A stretch of DNA of 35,252 nt from Acidimicrobiia bacterium (GCA_040510575.1 JBEVIU010000059.1:1-35252); one strand, 5' to 3'. Shown: positions 9,004 through 18,957, numbered from the stretch's first letter. The notes: generated by a model not told the origin, from the letters alone. A program made the numbers and translations.

Positions 9004-10710
9004 TCAGAAGAGGAAGTAGCGCTGGGCCATCGGGAGCTCGGTCGCGGGATCCGCCTCGATCAGGTCGCCGTCGATCGTGACCGCGAAGGTGTCGGGATCG
9101 ACGCGCACGTCGGGACGGGCGTCGTTCTCCGGCATGTCGGCCTTGGTGAGCCCGCGCACGTCGCGCACGCCGACGAGGCGCGAGCCCAGACCGAGGTCGG
9201 CGAGGCGACCCGCGTCGAGGGCGAGCGGAGCCACGAACGTGAGGCTCGTCGCAGCAGCCACCGGCGGTGCAGCGCCGAACATCGGTCGGGGCAGGGTGGG
9301 CTGCGGCGTCGGGATCGACGCGTTGGCGTCGCCCATCTGCGCCCACGCGATCACGCCGCCCTTTACGACCACGTGCGGCCGCACGCCGAAGAACGCCGGG
9401 TCCCACAACACGAGGTCGGCCAGCTTGCCCACCTCGACCGACCCGATCTCGTCGTCGAGGCCGTGCGTGACGGCAGGGCAGATCGTGTACTTGGCCACGT
9501 AGCGACGGGCTCGGCGGTTGTCGGCCGGGCCGTCGCCCGTGAGCGTGCCGCGCCGGGCCTTCATCACGTGCGCGGTCTGCCACGTGCGCAGCACGACCTC
9601 GCCCACTCGACCCATTGCCTGGGAGTCGGAGCCGATCATCGAGATCGCGCCGAGGTCGTGCAGCACGTCCTCGGCCGCGATGGTCGACGGCCGGATCCGG
9701 CTCTCCGCGAACGCCAGGTCCTCGGGGATCGTCGGATTGAGGTGGTGGCACACCATCAGCATGTCGAGGTGCTCGTCGACGGTGTTCACGGTGTGCGGGC
9801 GGGTGGGGTTGGTCGAGCTCGGCAACACGTTGGGCTGTGACACGACGGTCACGATGTCGGGCGCATGGCCACCACCCGCGCCCTCGGTGTGATACGTGTG
9901 GATCGCCCGGCCCGCGATCGCGGCGAGCGTGTCCTGCACGTATCCCGCCTCGTTCAAGGTGTCGGTGTGGATCGCGACCTGCACCCCGGTCTCGTCGCAG
10001 ACGCGCAGACACGCGTCGATCGCCGCTGGCGTCGTGCCCCAGTCCTCGTGGAGCTTGAACCCGGAGGCACCCGCCACGAGCTGCTCGCGCAGCGCCTCGG
10101 CGCGCACGGTGTTCCCCTTGCCGAGCAGCGCCACGTTGACGGGCCATCCGTCGAGCGCGCGCAACATCATCGCGAGGTTGAACGCGCCCGGCGTCACCGT
10201 GGTGGCCTTCGTGCCTTCCGCGGGCCCGGTGCCGCCCCCGATGATGGTCGTGATCCCCGACGCGAGCGCCTCCTCGAGGATCTGGGGGCAGATGAGGTGC
10301 ACGTGGCTGTCGACGGCGCCCGCGGTCACGACGAGACCGTTGGCGGAGAGGATCTCGGTCGAGGGGCCGATCACGAGCGCCGGATCGACGCGGTCCATCG
10401 TGTCGGGGTTGCCGGCCCGGCCGATCCCCACGATGCGGCCGTCGCGCACGCCGATGTCCGCTTTGACCACTCCCCAGTGGTCGAGGACGACCGCGCCGGT
10501 GATCACGAGGTCCGGGGTTCCCTCGCCGCGCGTCGCGGCCGACTGGCCCATCGACTCGCGGATCACCTTGCCGCCGCCGAACACGGCCTCGTCGCCGCCC
10601 ACGCAACGGTCCTCCTCGACCTCCACCAGGAGGTTGGTGTCGGCGAGGCGGATCCGGTCGCCGGTGGTCGGTCCGTACAGGCGCGCGTAGCGGTCGCGGT
10701 CGACGTGCAT
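9004..10710 (-). CDS. ureC: Urease alpha (catalytic) subunit UreC
   Basis: 568 aa with hallmark urease segments ([53 protein letters not shown]). Confidence 0.97.
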   Translation of the reverse strand: MHVDRDRYARLYGPTTGDRIRLADTNLLVEVEEDRCVGGDEAVFGGGKVIRESMGQSAATRGEGTPDLVITGAVVLDHWGVVKADIGVRDGRIVGIGRAGNPDTMDRVDPALVIGPSTEILSANGLVVTAGAVDSHVHLICPQILEEALASGITTIIGGGTGPAEGTKATTVTPGAFNLAMMLRALDGWPVNVALLGKGNTVRAEALREQLVAGASGFKLHEDWGTTPAAIDACLRVCDETGVQVAIHTDTLNEAGYVQDTLAAIAGRAIHTYHTEGAGGGHAPDIVTVVSQPNVLPSSTNPTRPHTVNTVDEHLDMLMVCHHLNPTIPEDLAFAESRIRPSTIAAEDVLHDLGAISMIGSDSQAMGRVGEVVLRTWQTAHVMKARRGTLTGDGPADNRRARRYVAKYTICPAVTHGLDDEIGSVEVGKLADLVLWDPAFFGVRPHVVVKGGVIAWAQMGDANASIPTPQPTLPRPMFGAAPPVAAATSLTFVAPLALDAGRLADLGLGSRLVGVRDVRGLTKADMPENDARPDVRVDPDTFAVTIDGDLIEADPATELPMAQRYFLF

Positions 10711-11072
10711 CAGGCGGCGCTGCCATCGTCGAGCGGACCGCCGACGTCGCCGCGCAGACCCGCGACGATCCGGAGCCCGCCCAGCGCGACGAGCTCCACC
10801 GGCCGTTCGATCCCCGGTTCGAAGCGCACCGACGTTCCCGCGGGGATCGCCAGCCGACGGCCGCGCGCGGCGGCACGATCGAACTGCAGCGCGGGATTGG
10901 CTTCTGCGAAGTGATAGTGCGATCCCACCTGGATGGGCCGGTCGCCCGTGTTCACCACGTCGACACGCATCAGGGCGCGGTCGTCGAAGAGCGCGACCGG
11001 CTCGTCACCCACGATGATCTCGCCTGGTGTCACGGGCACCGCACCGAGGGCCGCGTCATCCGATCGGCTCAT
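10710..11072 (-). CDS. ureB: Urease beta subunit UreB
   Basis: The conserved core is [10 protein letters not shown]...[27 protein letters not shown]. Its stop overlaps the ureC ATG (TGATG). The start is uncertain: ATG 11072 overlaps ureA by 17 nt, and GTG 11039 or 11033 are alternatives. Confidence 0.85.
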   Translation of the reverse strand: MSRSDDAALGAVPVTPGEIIVGDEPVALFDDRALMRVDVVNTGDRPIQVGSHYHFAEANPALQFDRAAARGRRLAIPAGTSVRFEPGIERPVELVALGGLRIVAGLRGDVGGPLDDGSAA

Positions 11073-11358
11073 GCAGCGTCACGAGCTTGGTGCCGTCGGG
11101 AAAAGTCGCCTCCACCTGCACCTCGGGGATCATCTCGGGCACTCCTTCCATGACGTCGGCGCGGGTGAGCACACGGCGACCGGCATCCATCAGATCGGCG
11201 ACGGTGCGCCCGTCACGCGCGCCTTCGAACACGAACGACGAAAGGATCGCGATCGCTTCGGGATGGTTGAGCGCGAGCCCGCGCGCCTGACGGTCGCGCG
11301 CGACGATCGCGGCGAGGGTCACCATCAGCCGGTCCTGTTCGTGCGGTGTGAGGTGCAG
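11056..11358 (-). CDS. ureA: Urease gamma subunit UreA (apparent CTG start)
   Basis: The track ORF (89 aa from ATG 11325) lacks the conserved UreA N-terminus. Extending 11 codons in frame gives (M)[19 protein letters not shown]..., a canonical 100-aa UreA. That extension begins at CTG 11358, with AAGGAG 7 nt upstream. Confidence 0.8.
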   Translation of the reverse strand: MHLTPHEQDRLMVTLAAIVARDRQARGLALNHPEAIAILSSFVFEGARDGRTVADLMDAGRRVLTRADVMEGVPEMIPEVQVEATFPDGTKLVTLHEPIG

Positions 11359-11375
11359 CGCTGCGCTCCTTGTTC

Positions 11376-12074
11376 CTACACCGCGAGCAGTTCGGCGAAG
11401 GTGTCCATGTCGGCATCGTCGGTACGACCGTCGTGCACGATGAGCCCGCCGTCCATGACGGCGTAGCGATCAGCCAGGCGCAGCGCGAACTCCACGTACT
11501 GCTCGACGAGCAGGATCGACATCCCCACGTCCGCGTGCAACGCAGCGATCGCGTCCTCGATCTCGAGGATGATCGACGGCTGGATGCCCTCGGTCGGTTC
11601 GTCGAGCACGAGCAGCTTCGGTCGCGTGACCAGGGCGCGCGCGATGGCGAGCTGCTGCGCCTGGCCGCCGCTGAGGAGCCCCGCCGGTCGGCCGAGCAGC
11701 TTCCGCAGCGCGGGGAACACGTCGAGCGCGTCGTCGATCGCGGCCCGGTCGTTGCCCTTCGTGCGCTCGTGCACCACGCGCAGGTTCTCCGCCGCGGTGA
11801 GCTGCGGGAACACCTGATGTCCCTGAGGCACGTAGCCGATCCCGGCGCGCGCCCGCTTGTGGGCCGGCATCTTCGTGATGTCGACGCCGTCGAGCAGGAC
11901 GCGACCCGACTTCGTGGGGAGGACGCCCATCACCGCGTTCAGCAAGGTGGTCTTGCCGACACCGTTGCGACCCATGAGACACATGAAGTCGTCGTCGTCG
12001 ACTTCGAGTGACACGCCGAACAGCACCTCGGTGCGGCCGTACGCGACCCGCAGATCCTGCACTTCGAGCTTCAC
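11376..12074 (-). CDS. urtE: Urea ABC transporter ATP-binding protein UrtE
   Basis: LivF-like ATPase with [24 protein letters not shown] and [12 protein letters not shown]. The GTG start at 12074 overlaps the urtD stop (GTGA). The 339-aa track ORF is an over-extension. Confidence 0.9.
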   Translation of the reverse strand: MKLEVQDLRVAYGRTEVLFGVSLEVDDDDFMCLMGRNGVGKTTLLNAVMGVLPTKSGRVLLDGVDITKMPAHKRARAGIGYVPQGHQVFPQLTAAENLRVVHERTKGNDRAAIDDALDVFPALRKLLGRPAGLLSGGQAQQLAIARALVTRPKLLVLDEPTEGIQPSIILEIEDAIAALHADVGMSILLVEQYVEFALRLADRYAVMDGGLIVHDGRTDDADMDTFAELLAV

Positions 12075-12847
12075 GGCGTGACCTCCTCGAGCACAGCGCC
12101 GCTGCGCGCGTCGCGCGACCGACCGAGGTAGACCTCGCGCACGTGCGGATCGGACTGCACCTCCTGCACCGATCCCTCCGACAGGACCTTCCCTTCGTGC
12201 AGCACCGTCACCCGCTGCGCGAAGCGACGGAGGAACGCCATGTCGTGCTCGATCACCACGACGGTGTGGTCGTGCGCGAGCTGCTGGAGCAGCTCGCCGG
12301 TGTCGGTGCGCTCCTGCGGGCTCATGCCGGCGACGGGCTCGTCGAGCAGGAGGAGGTCGGGACCCTGCACGAGGAGCATGCCGATCTCGAGCCACTGCTT
12401 CTGCCCGTGGCTCAACTGCTTGGCCATGGAATCGGAAGCGCCCGCGAGCCCGATGCGCTCCAGCGTCGCCGCCACCTCCGGGAGCACGCTGGTGCGCTGC
12501 CTGAGCAGCGACGCGGTCCGGCGGCGGAACGTCGCTGCCAGGTCGAGGTTCTCCACCACCGTCAAGGCCTCGAACACCGTCGGCGTCTGGAAGCTGCGCC
12601 CGATCCCGAGGCGCACGATCTTGTGCTCCTTCATCCCGCGGATGGACCGGCCGCGGAAGCGGATCTCGCCGCTGTCGGGCTTGGTGAGCCCGGTGATGCA
12701 GTCGACGAGGGTGGTCTTGCCGGCACCGTTCGGGCCGATGAGGAACCGCAGCTCGCCCTCCTCGACGGCGAGGTCGACCCCGTCGAGGGCTTGGAAGCCG
12801 TCGAAGCTGACCGACAGGTCGCGGACCTCGAGAACCGAATCGGTCAC
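12071..12847 (-). CDS. urtD: Urea ABC transporter ATP-binding protein UrtD
   Basis: LivG-like ATPase with GPNGAGKTT, LSHGQKQWLEIG and LLLDEPVAGM. The GTG start at 12847 overlaps the urtC stop (GTGA). The 601-aa track ORF is a chimera. Confidence 0.9.
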   Translation of the reverse strand: MTDSVLEVRDLSVSFDGFQALDGVDLAVEEGELRFLIGPNGAGKTTLVDCITGLTKPDSGEIRFRGRSIRGMKEHKIVRLGIGRSFQTPTVFEALTVVENLDLAATFRRRTASLLRQRTSVLPEVAATLERIGLAGASDSMAKQLSHGQKQWLEIGMLLVQGPDLLLLDEPVAGMSPQERTDTGELLQQLAHDHTVVVIEHDMAFLRRFAQRVTVLHEGKVLSEGSVQEVQSDPHVREVYLGRSRDARSGAVLEEVTP

Positions 12848-13995
12848 GCCCCCACCTCCGCGGGTGTCGGGTCGATCGAGGACTCGACCACGGGCTCGAC
12901 GGCGCTCGGCGTCGAACGACCCGCCCGCACCCGCTTGAACGGTGAGGTCGCGACGTGCGCGATCGAGTGGAAGATCCCGACGATCCCGCCGGGGACGAAC
13001 GCGACCACGACCACGAACAGCGCGCCCTGGAGGTAGAGCCAGTCGTCGGGCCGGCTCTCGCTGAAGCTCGTCTTGCCCCAGCTCACCAACAGCGCACCGA
13101 TCACGGCGCCGTAGATCGAGGTGCGACCACCGATCGCGACCCACGCGACCATGATGATCGACGGCACCACCGCGAACTGGTTCGGCGCGACGATGCCGAT
13201 GATCGGCGCGCTGAGCGCGCCTGCCAGTCCGGCCATGCCAGCCGACACCGCGAACGCGAGAGTCTTCGTGACCGCGGGGTCGTAGCCGAGGAAGCGCACC
13301 CTGTCCTCCCCGTCGCGGGTGGCGACGAGGAGTCGGCCGTACCGGCTCTTCACCACCTGCCGGGCGATCACGAGCGTCACGAACAGCCCGACGGCAGCAA
13401 TGCCGAACAGGAACTCGTTCGTACCCGGCGCGTACTTGCTGCGGCCGAACACGGTCGAGAAGTTTGTGAGGCCGTTCGTGCCCGCGGTCAGCTGGAGCTG
13501 GCCCACCAGCAGCAACCAGAACACGAGCGCGGCGGCCTGGGTGAGGATGGCGAAGTACGCGCCCCGGATCCGGCGATTGAAGACGAGCCACCCGAGCGCG
13601 CCAGCGATGATCATCGGACCGAGCACCGCTGCAGGCGCGGCGAACCAGAGATGTTTGAACGGCTGCCACAGCCAGGGCAACGACTTGTAGTCGCTGTAGA
13701 GCGACATGAACTCCGGCATCGCGCCGTCGGGCACCTGCTCGAGGGAGAGGTACATGCCCATCGCGTACGCACCGAGGCCGAAGAACACACCCTGGCCGAG
13801 CGTGAGCATCCCACCGCGACCCCAGGCGATCGCGATGCCGACGGCGATGATGGCGTAGCAGAGGTACTCGGCCCATTGCCGGATGCGGGTGGGATCGCCG
13901 ATGTAGTCGGGCCAGCGGTCGAGCACGATCGCGAACGCGGCGAAGCCGAGGAGCACCGGTCCCGATCGCATGAGGCGTGCCTTCACGGCCTTCAC
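12844..13995 (-). CDS. urtC: Urea ABC transporter permease UrtC
   Basis: LivM-family multi-TM protein (GGMLTLGQGVFFGLGAYAMGMYL...). GTG 13995 overlaps the urtB stop (GTGA); ATG 13971 is the alternative start. Confidence 0.85.
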   Translation of the reverse strand: MKAVKARLMRSGPVLLGFAAFAIVLDRWPDYIGDPTRIRQWAEYLCYAIIAVGIAIAWGRGGMLTLGQGVFFGLGAYAMGMYLSLEQVPDGAMPEFMSLYSDYKSLPWLWQPFKHLWFAAPAAVLGPMIIAGALGWLVFNRRIRGAYFAILTQAAALVFWLLLVGQLQLTAGTNGLTNFSTVFGRSKYAPGTNEFLFGIAAVGLFVTLVIARQVVKSRYGRLLVATRDGEDRVRFLGYDPAVTKTLAFAVSAGMAGLAGALSAPIIGIVAPNQFAVVPSIIMVAWVAIGGRTSIYGAVIGALLVSWGKTSFSESRPDDWLYLQGALFVVVVAFVPGGIVGIFHSIAHVATSPFKRVRAGRSTPSAVEPVVESSIDPTPAEVGA

Positions 13996-14888
13996 GTCGT
14001 GAGCCCCCGAGTGCGGAAGGTGACGATGCCGTTCGGGCGGAACTGCAGGAAGAGGATGACGATCCCGAGCGTGATGGCCTTCCCGATGCTCGCCGACGTC
14101 GAGTACTCGCTGAACGAGCTGACCAGTCCGAGCACGAGCGCCGCGATCACCGCGCCACGCAACTTGCCGATGCCGCCGAAGATGACCACCAGGAACGCGT
14201 CGATGATGTATGCCGTTCCCGTGCGGAACCCGATCGGGCCGATGAGCGCGACGGCGCATCCCGCGATGCCCGCGAGGCCGGACCCGAGCACGAACGTGAA
14301 GGTGTCGACCCTGCCGGTCGGGATGCCGCTCACCGCCGCGAGGTCGCGGTTCTGCATGACGGCGCGCATCCGGCGACCCTGCGCGAGCCGGCTCATGAAG
14401 GCCCACACCACGAGCACGACCGCCATCGCGAGGAACACGATGAAGAGCCGGGTGTGTGGCATCGTGAATCCGAACGCCTCGGTGTTGCCCTGCAAGAACG
14501 TCGGGACGTGGACCTCGACGTTCGGTGCACCGAACGTGTCCTTCGCGATCTGTTGGAGCAGCAACGCGATGCCGAAGGTCACCAGCAACGTGTCGAGCGC
14601 GCGTCCGTACATCCGCCGCACGATCAGGTTCATGAGGAAGCCCAGCAGGCCGCCCACGACGAACGCCACCGGCAGCGCGACGAGGAACGCGGTGCCGGCC
14701 GCGCCGGCGAACCACGACACCTGCGACTGCAGCACGTACGGCGTGAACGCTCCGGCCATGATCAGCTCGCCGTGCGCCATGTTGATCACGCCCATCTGAC
14801 CGAACGTGAACGTGAGCCCGAGCGCGATCAGGAGCAGCACCGACGCGATGATCAGGCCGTTGAACAGTTGCTCGAGGAAGGTGCTCAT
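13992..14888 (-). CDS. urtB: Urea ABC transporter permease UrtB
   Basis: LivH-family protein of 298 aa (MSTFLEQLFNGLIIASVLLLIALGLTFTFGQMGVINMAHGE). Confidence 0.9.
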   Translation of the reverse strand: MSTFLEQLFNGLIIASVLLLIALGLTFTFGQMGVINMAHGELIMAGAFTPYVLQSQVSWFAGAAGTAFLVALPVAFVVGGLLGFLMNLIVRRMYGRALDTLLVTFGIALLLQQIAKDTFGAPNVEVHVPTFLQGNTEAFGFTMPHTRLFIVFLAMAVVLVVWAFMSRLAQGRRMRAVMQNRDLAAVSGIPTGRVDTFTFVLGSGLAGIAGCAVALIGPIGFRTGTAYIIDAFLVVIFGGIGKLRGAVIAALVLGLVSSFSEYSTSASIGKAITLGIVILFLQFRPNGIVTFRTRGLTT

Positions 14889-14915
14889 CCTCCGCTTTCT
14901 CGAATCACCGTCGGG

Positions 14916-14947
14916 GCCGGGCGCTGCTCCGAGGAACAGCGCCCGGC
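14916..14947 (-). terminator. Intercistronic stem-loop between urtA and urtB (possible partial terminator or mRNA stabiliser)
   Basis: An 11-bp GC-rich inverted repeat, GCCGGGCGCTG (14916..14926) and CAGCGCCCGGC (14937..14947), with a 10-nt loop. It lies in the 101-nt urtA-urtB gap. There is no U-tract. Confidence 0.45.
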
Positions 14948-14989
14948 GCCCGCGAGGTCGTCGTCAGGGACAAGGGTCCGCGCGGTGGC

Positions 14990-16225
14990 TCAGCCGCACT
15001 CTCCGTTCGAGAGGCCCTTGGCCCACTTGTAACCACTGCCCGTGAGGCAGGGGTCCGGCTTGATGGGCGCGTCCGATGCCCACACCTCGTCGATGAGGCC
15101 TTCGGAGTTGATCATCCCGATCCGCGCCGTCTTGTAGACGTGCTGGTTCTTCTTGTCGACGGTCAACGTGCCTTCCGGCGTGTCGAGCACCAAGCCCTTC
15201 GCCGCCTTCTTGACCTTGGCGACGTCGAACGACCCGGCCTTCTCCACCGCAGCGGCCCAGATGTAGACCGAGTTGTATCCCGCCTCGATCGGGTCCGACG
15301 TCACGCGGTCCTCGCCGTACTCCGCCTTGAACGCCTTGACGAACTCGGTGTTCTTCGGGTTGTCGGTGCTCTGGTAGTAGTCCCAGGCCACGAGGTTGCC
15401 CTCGATGTTGTCGAGCCCGATCCCGGTGACCTCTTCTTCGGCCACCGACACCGACACCGTCTGGATCTTGTCCGGCGTGTTGCCCTTTGCCTTGAGCTCC
15501 TTGAAGAACGCCACGTTGCTGTCGCCGTTCAGGGTGTTGAACACCACCTGCGGCTCGGCGTCGAGCACCTTCGACACGATGGTCGACACTCCGGTGTCAC
15601 CGAGTGGGAGGTAGTCCTCGCCCACGATCTCCAGGCCCTTCGCCTTGGCGTAGGCCTTGATGATCTTGTTCGCGGTGCGGGGGAACACGTAGTCGCTCCC
15701 CACCAGGTACACCTTGGTCATCCCCTCTTCCTTGAGGTAGTCGAGCGCAGGGATGATCTGCTGGTTCGTGGTGGCACCCGTGTAGAAGATGTTCGGCGAC
15801 TGCTCGAGCCCCTCGTACTGGACCGGGTAGAAGAGCAGGCCGTTCAGGCCCTCGAACACCGGCAACATCGCCTTGCGGCTCGACGACGTCCAGCCGCCGA
15901 ACACCACCTTGGCCTTGTCGACGGTGAGCAGCTTCTCCGCCTTCTCGGCGAAGGTCGGCCAGTCGGAGGCGCCGTCTTCCACCACCGGCTTGATCTGCTT
16001 GCCGAGCACGCCGCCCTGCGCGTTGATCTCCTTGATCGCGAGCAACTCCGAGTCGCGCAGCGCGACCTCGCTGATCGCCATCGTGCCGCTCAGTGATTGG
16101 AGCACGCCGACTGTCACCGTGTCACCGGAGCTCTGCGCGCCGGCAGTGCTTCCGAGTGACGCCCCGACAATTGTCAGGGCGAGCACGAGACCGATCATCA
16201 GTCGCGACACACGCTTTCGCTTCAT
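14990..16225 (-). CDS. urtA: Urea ABC transporter substrate-binding protein UrtA
   Basis: Signal peptide ([25 protein letters not shown]) followed by a LivJ/UrtA-type sequence ([15 protein letters not shown]...[10 protein letters not shown]). I place the start at ATG 16225, not the track start at 16327. Confidence 0.9.
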   Translation of the reverse strand: MKRKRVSRLMIGLVLALTIVGASLGSTAGAQSSGDTVTVGVLQSLSGTMAISEVALRDSELLAIKEINAQGGVLGKQIKPVVEDGASDWPTFAEKAEKLLTVDKAKVVFGGWTSSSRKAMLPVFEGLNGLLFYPVQYEGLEQSPNIFYTGATTNQQIIPALDYLKEEGMTKVYLVGSDYVFPRTANKIIKAYAKAKGLEIVGEDYLPLGDTGVSTIVSKVLDAEPQVVFNTLNGDSNVAFFKELKAKGNTPDKIQTVSVSVAEEEVTGIGLDNIEGNLVAWDYYQSTDNPKNTEFVKAFKAEYGEDRVTSDPIEAGYNSVYIWAAAVEKAGSFDVAKVKKAAKGLVLDTPEGTLTVDKKNQHVYKTARIGMINSEGLIDEVWASDAPIKPDPCLTGSGYKWAKGLSNGECG

Positions 16226-16394
16226 ACGTTCCCTCTCATCGGATGCGGATGGCGAACAAGAAGCGGAACGTAGATTCAGCGAGTTGCTCTCACGTCTCGC
16301 CAACATGTCGCGCACGTGAACAGCCACTCCTCACTTCCTGACAGATCGAGCGCGATCCGGTGCACGCGATGTCGCGCGCGCGTAAGGTCGACGC

Positions 16395-16946
16395 ATGACG
16401 ATCTTCGGTTTCGTGTTCGCGCACCTGGGCGGCCCGACGCACGGCCTCGTCGACGGTGTGCTGCACCCCCTCGTCGGTCCCGACCATCTCCTCGCGATGC
16501 TCGCGGTGGGGATCGTCGCGGCAGCGACCACGTCGCGCCCCGGCAGCTCGTTCGCGCGCGCGGACCCATGGGCAGCACCGGCCGCGTTCCTCACGGGGAT
16601 GGCGGTCGGCGGTGCACTCGGTCTGGGCGGCTGGTCGGTCCCCGCAGTCGACCTCGCGATCGTCGTGTCGGTGATCGCGCTCGGCGTGGCCGTGGCGGGC
16701 GCGATCGGGAACCCGGCGATCTGGGTGCCGGTGCTCGTGCTCGCCGGCGTCGCGCACGGCAACGCGCACGGCGTCGAAGCACCCGCCGCGGCCAATCCGG
16801 TGCTCTACGTCGTCGGGTTCCTCGCGGCCACCGTCGCGCTCCACGTGTGCGGCGTCGTCGGTGGCGTCACGCTCCGGACACGACCGCTGCTGCGCGTCAC
16901 CGTCGGCACCTGCATCGCCACCACCGGCATGCTTCTGGTCGTCTGA
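16395..16946 (+). CDS. HupE/UreJ-family nickel permease
   Basis: 183-aa polytopic membrane protein with the family signature HPLVGPDHLLAMLAVG and a second His-containing helix (LAGVAHGNAHG). It is divergent from the urt-ure unit. An in-frame TAA 12 nt upstream fixes the start. Confidence 0.85.
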   Translation: MTIFGFVFAHLGGPTHGLVDGVLHPLVGPDHLLAMLAVGIVAAATTSRPGSSFARADPWAAPAAFLTGMAVGGALGLGGWSVPAVDLAIVVSVIALGVAVAGAIGNPAIWVPVLVLAGVAHGNAHGVEAPAAANPVLYVVGFLAATVALHVCGVVGGVTLRTRPLLRVTVGTCIATTGMLLVV

Positions 16947-17131
16947 TCGTCAGCCCGCGGGCCGGGAGCGTCAGTCCTCGGTCAGGAGGCCATACAGGCG
17001 CTTGCGCTTCCCGCACGATGTCGACAGCGCGGTTGATCTCGGCGCTGCCGAGGACCTTCCACGAGCTGACGACGCGCCGCTGCACCGCGGCCACCTCGCC
17101 TCGAACCGCCGCGACCGACTATCAACAGGTC

Positions 17132-17986
17132 ATGCGCCTCGGATACGTCACGCCCAACAGCTGGGGGCTCGACACTCCCCAACAGGTCATCGATCTCGCC
17201 GTCCAGGCGGAGCAGCTCGGGGCGGACTCGCTCTGGGTCAGCCACCACGTCCTGCACCGCGGCTTCGTCGCCGATCGGCTCGAGAACCAGCTCCCCTACC
17301 ACGATCCGCTCGTGATGCTGGCGGCGTTCGCGACCGCCACCTCGACCGCGCGGCTCGGCACCAGCGTGCTCGTGCTCCCATATCTGCACCCCATGCCCAC
17401 CGCGAAGACGTTCGCCACCATCGACCACCTCAGCCAGGGTCGCGTCGACGTCGGAGTCGGCGTCGGCGGGCTGCGCGCCGAGCACGACACGATCGCGCAG
17501 GTGCCCTTCGAACGGCGCGGCAAGTACGCGAACGAGTTCATCGAAGTGATGCAGATGCTGTGGACGCCAGGACCGTCGTCCTTCGAAGGCCAGTTCTTCT
17601 CCTTCACCGACCTCGAGGCGTACCCCGGGGCCTACGAGGCGGGCGGGCTGCCGGTGTACGTCGGCGGCGGGGGTGAGGCGGCGGCGCGCCGCGCCGCACG
17701 GTTCGCCGAGGGGTGGCACGGCATCGGCCTCGAGCCCGATGCCGTCCCCGACATGATCGACGGTTTGCAACGGGCCTTCGCCGCCGAGGGTCGGTCGTTC
17801 GACGGCCGCCCGTTCCAGTTGCGACTCCACATCCCGATCGAAGACCAGGACCTCGACCAGTGGCGGCGGCGCTGCGACGCCTATGCCGAAGCGGGCGTGA
17901 CCGAGCTCGTGCTCGCGCCGCAGAGCGGCGACGTCGAGGCGCACCGCGTGTGGCTCGACGCCATGGTGCCCACGCTCAGCAGCTGA
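17132..17986 (+). CDS. Luciferase-like monooxygenase (LLM) class flavin/F420-dependent oxidoreductase
   Basis: 284-aa LLM-like sequence (MRLGYVTPNSWG...ADSLWVSHH...SQGRVDVGVGVGG). Only the last 284 codons of the 556-aa track ORF look coding. Confidence 0.8.
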   Translation: MRLGYVTPNSWGLDTPQQVIDLAVQAEQLGADSLWVSHHVLHRGFVADRLENQLPYHDPLVMLAAFATATSTARLGTSVLVLPYLHPMPTAKTFATIDHLSQGRVDVGVGVGGLRAEHDTIAQVPFERRGKYANEFIEVMQMLWTPGPSSFEGQFFSFTDLEAYPGAYEAGGLPVYVGGGGEAAARRAARFAEGWHGIGLEPDAVPDMIDGLQRAFAAEGRSFDGRPFQLRLHIPIEDQDLDQWRRRCDAYAEAGVTELVLAPQSGDVEAHRVWLDAMVPTLSS

Positions 17987-18078
17987 TCCCCGTCGCCGTT
18001 CATCGTGCGGCCGCCCGCGGGTTCGTTGTACCGTGCACAGAAACGCACGTACGCACGAGACGCCCGCTGGAGGCTGTG

Positions 18079-18945
18079 GTGACGGACACGTTCGAGACCA
18101 TCACGTACGAGACGATCGACGACGGAACGATCGCCCGCATCGCGCTGAACCGGCCCGAGAAGCGCAACGCGCAGAACTCGCAGATGCTCTACGAGGTCCA
18201 CGACGCGTTCATGGCTGCCGCGCTCGACGACGGCGTGAAGGTGATCGTGCTGAAGGGTGAAGGGCCGATGTTCTCCTCGGGCCACGACATCCGAGGTGGC
18301 AGCCAGAACGGCTACACCCACGACGCGATCTTCCCGTACAGCCCTGGCCTGCCGGGGTCCGAGGGCTACATGAATCGGGAGCAGGAGATCTACTTCCAGT
18401 GGTGCCGTCGCATCCACGACATCCCGAAGCCGACCATCGCGCAGGTGCACGGCAAGGTGATCGCCGGCGGCCTCATGCTCATGTGGGTGTGCGACCTCAT
18501 CGTCGCGGCCGACAACTCCGAGTTCATCGACATCACCGCCGGGCCGCAGTTCATGGTGCAGGGCGTCGAGTGGTTCTCGCACCCTTGGGAGCTCGGTACC
18601 CGCAAGGCCAAGGAGATGCTGTTCACCGGTGAAGCGGTCACCGCGGCGGAGGCGTACAACCTCGGCATGATCAACCACGTGGTCCCGCTCGACGATCTCG
18701 AGGAGACCACGCTCACGCTGGCCCGCAAGATCGCGGCGCGATCGAACTTCGGGTTGAACCTCGCCAAGATGGCCGTGAACCAGGCGCTCGACGCGCAGGG
18801 GTTCTGGACTGCGCAGCAGGCGGCGTTCAACCTCCAGCACCTCGGCCACACCCATGCCCGCGTGTTGGGGATGCTCGAGGCGCAGAAGCAGGCAGCCGAG
18901 GAGCAGGCCGCGCCGGCGAAGGCCGACGTGCCTGCCGCGAACTGA
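18079..18945 (+). CDS. Enoyl-CoA hydratase/isomerase (crotonase) family protein
   Basis: Crotonase fold motifs are present (IALNRPEKRNA, VIVLKGEGPMFSSGHD, KPTIAQVHGKVIAGG). The GTG start has the SD GGAGG 5 nt upstream. Confidence 0.85.
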   Translation: MTDTFETITYETIDDGTIARIALNRPEKRNAQNSQMLYEVHDAFMAAALDDGVKVIVLKGEGPMFSSGHDIRGGSQNGYTHDAIFPYSPGLPGSEGYMNREQEIYFQWCRRIHDIPKPTIAQVHGKVIAGGLMLMWVCDLIVAADNSEFIDITAGPQFMVQGVEWFSHPWELGTRKAKEMLFTGEAVTAAEAYNLGMINHVVPLDDLEETTLTLARKIAARSNFGLNLAKMAVNQALDAQGFWTAQQAAFNLQHLGHTHARVLGMLEAQKQAAEEQAAPAKADVPAAN

Positions 18946-18957
18946 GCGAGACCGCGC

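Noticed and set aside
8990-10876. 628-aa minus-strand ORF overlapping ureC
   Set aside because: It is an off-frame shadow of ureC with an Arg/Pro/Gly-rich translation. The ureC frame carries all the urease motifs.
12955-14799. 614-aa + strand ORF
   Set aside because: It is antisense to urtC/urtB, with an R/D/E/H-rich low-complexity translation and no recognisable domain.
16254-16269. GAAC-N8-GAAC in the urtA upstream region as a possible GlnR-type nitrogen box
   Set aside because: It only loosely resembles the gTnAc-N6-GaAAc arrangement I remember. The half-sites and spacing do not fit, and such short motifs are expected by chance.
16316-17131. 5' two-thirds of the 556-aa ORF 16316..17986
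   Set aside because: It overlaps hupE/ureJ in another frame with an Arg-rich nonsense-like translation. Only the last 284 codons (from ATG 17132) look like an LLM oxidoreductase.
16947-17131. Possible minus-strand gene fragment (..LGSAEINRAVDIVRE.. and, in a second frame, ..GKRKRLYGLLTED*)
   Set aside because: It is protein-like in two frames, but only about 60 codons fit in the gap. There is no credible start and no family I can name. It may be another remnant, but the evidence is too thin to annotate.
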